A stretch of DNA of 64,000 nt from Candidatus Latescibacterota bacterium. Its GTDB lineage: Bacteria > Latescibacterota > UBA2968 > UBA8231. The stretch lies in NCBI GenBank assembly GCA_965248265.1, contig CBDFJF010000002.1, positions 544,001-608,000 on the forward strand. The letters are read 5' to 3'. Within the stretch, counting starts at the first letter, position 1. The number at the start of each line of letters is the position of its first letter. Positions 63,802-64,000 of this stretch are shown here, in pieces. The notes beneath the pieces were generated by a model. It made no database searches. It worked only from the letters and a program-made list of their open reading frames with translations, and was not told the origin of the DNA. The position numbers and the translations under genes are program-made.

Positions 63802-64000
63802 ATGAGTGAACTCGCGTCAACGACGCTCCTCCGCCCGGTGTTGGTGTGGCTTTTCGGTTTGGCATTCCAATTGTCGAGTGCTCAACCGGCAGCCAGCCAG
63901 GCCTTCACGCCGAATGGCCTGGTGAGTCACTACACTGTGGAACGAGCATCCACGGAGATGGTCATAGACGGGGACTTGCACGAATTCGCCTGGGAGGTTG
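63802..64000 (+). CDS. Secreted CBM9-like carbohydrate-binding protein (runs off the window)
   Basis: MSELAS...signal peptide...HYTVERASTEMVIDGDLHEFAWEV, with an IDGxLxExAW motif. Confidence 0.65.
   Translation, partial: MSELASTTLLRPVLVWLFGLAFQLSSAQPAASQAFTPNGLVSHYTVERASTEMVIDGDLHEFAWEV

Noticed and set aside
1-64000. CRISPR arrays, tRNA/rRNA genes, integrases, phage or defence-system genes
   Set aside because: No regularly spaced repeat-spacer pattern, cloverleaf, rRNA-like segment or relevant protein motif was seen by eye.

Overview
GC-rich bacterial chromosomal window, 64 kb, with no rRNA, tRNA or CRISPR array visible. T9SS-type C-terminal domains, TonB receptors, many PhyH dioxygenases and a large acidic outer-membrane-like protein suggest an FCB-group organism such as Ca. 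Latescibacterota (inference only). Content is mostly accessory catabolism and uptake: a Phd-VapC toxin-antitoxin pair, amidase, propionyl-CoA synthetase, a TonB receptor/DUF4249/family-5 ABC cluster, two T9SS cargo proteins (one with 4 CARDB-like repeats), a BNR/VPS10 hydrolase, an acyl-CoA ligase/crotonase/thioesterase operon, three DUF4091 (GH123-like) proteins, a sulfatase, three paralogous beta-propeller hydrolase-like proteins, PhyH and enolase-superfamily enzymes, an M28 peptidase, a YeeE/YedE pair, a sialidase-like protein and a PfkB kinase. About a dozen deletion-truncated gene remnants lie between the intact genes. The best unexplained signals are non-coding: (1) a sigma-28-type promoter driving a ~205-nt structured transcript with a 9-11 aa mini-ORF and its own terminator (17.3-17.5 kb); (2) an exact 40-bp promoter/operator-like cassette in front of two unrelated genes 22 kb apart; (3) an IS110-like 5' remnant with a strongly structured non-coding end (candidate bridge-RNA relic). 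Also notable is a DUF4091 paralog pair in which one copy lacks the putative catalytic Glu. All calls come from reading motifs by eye; no searches were run.
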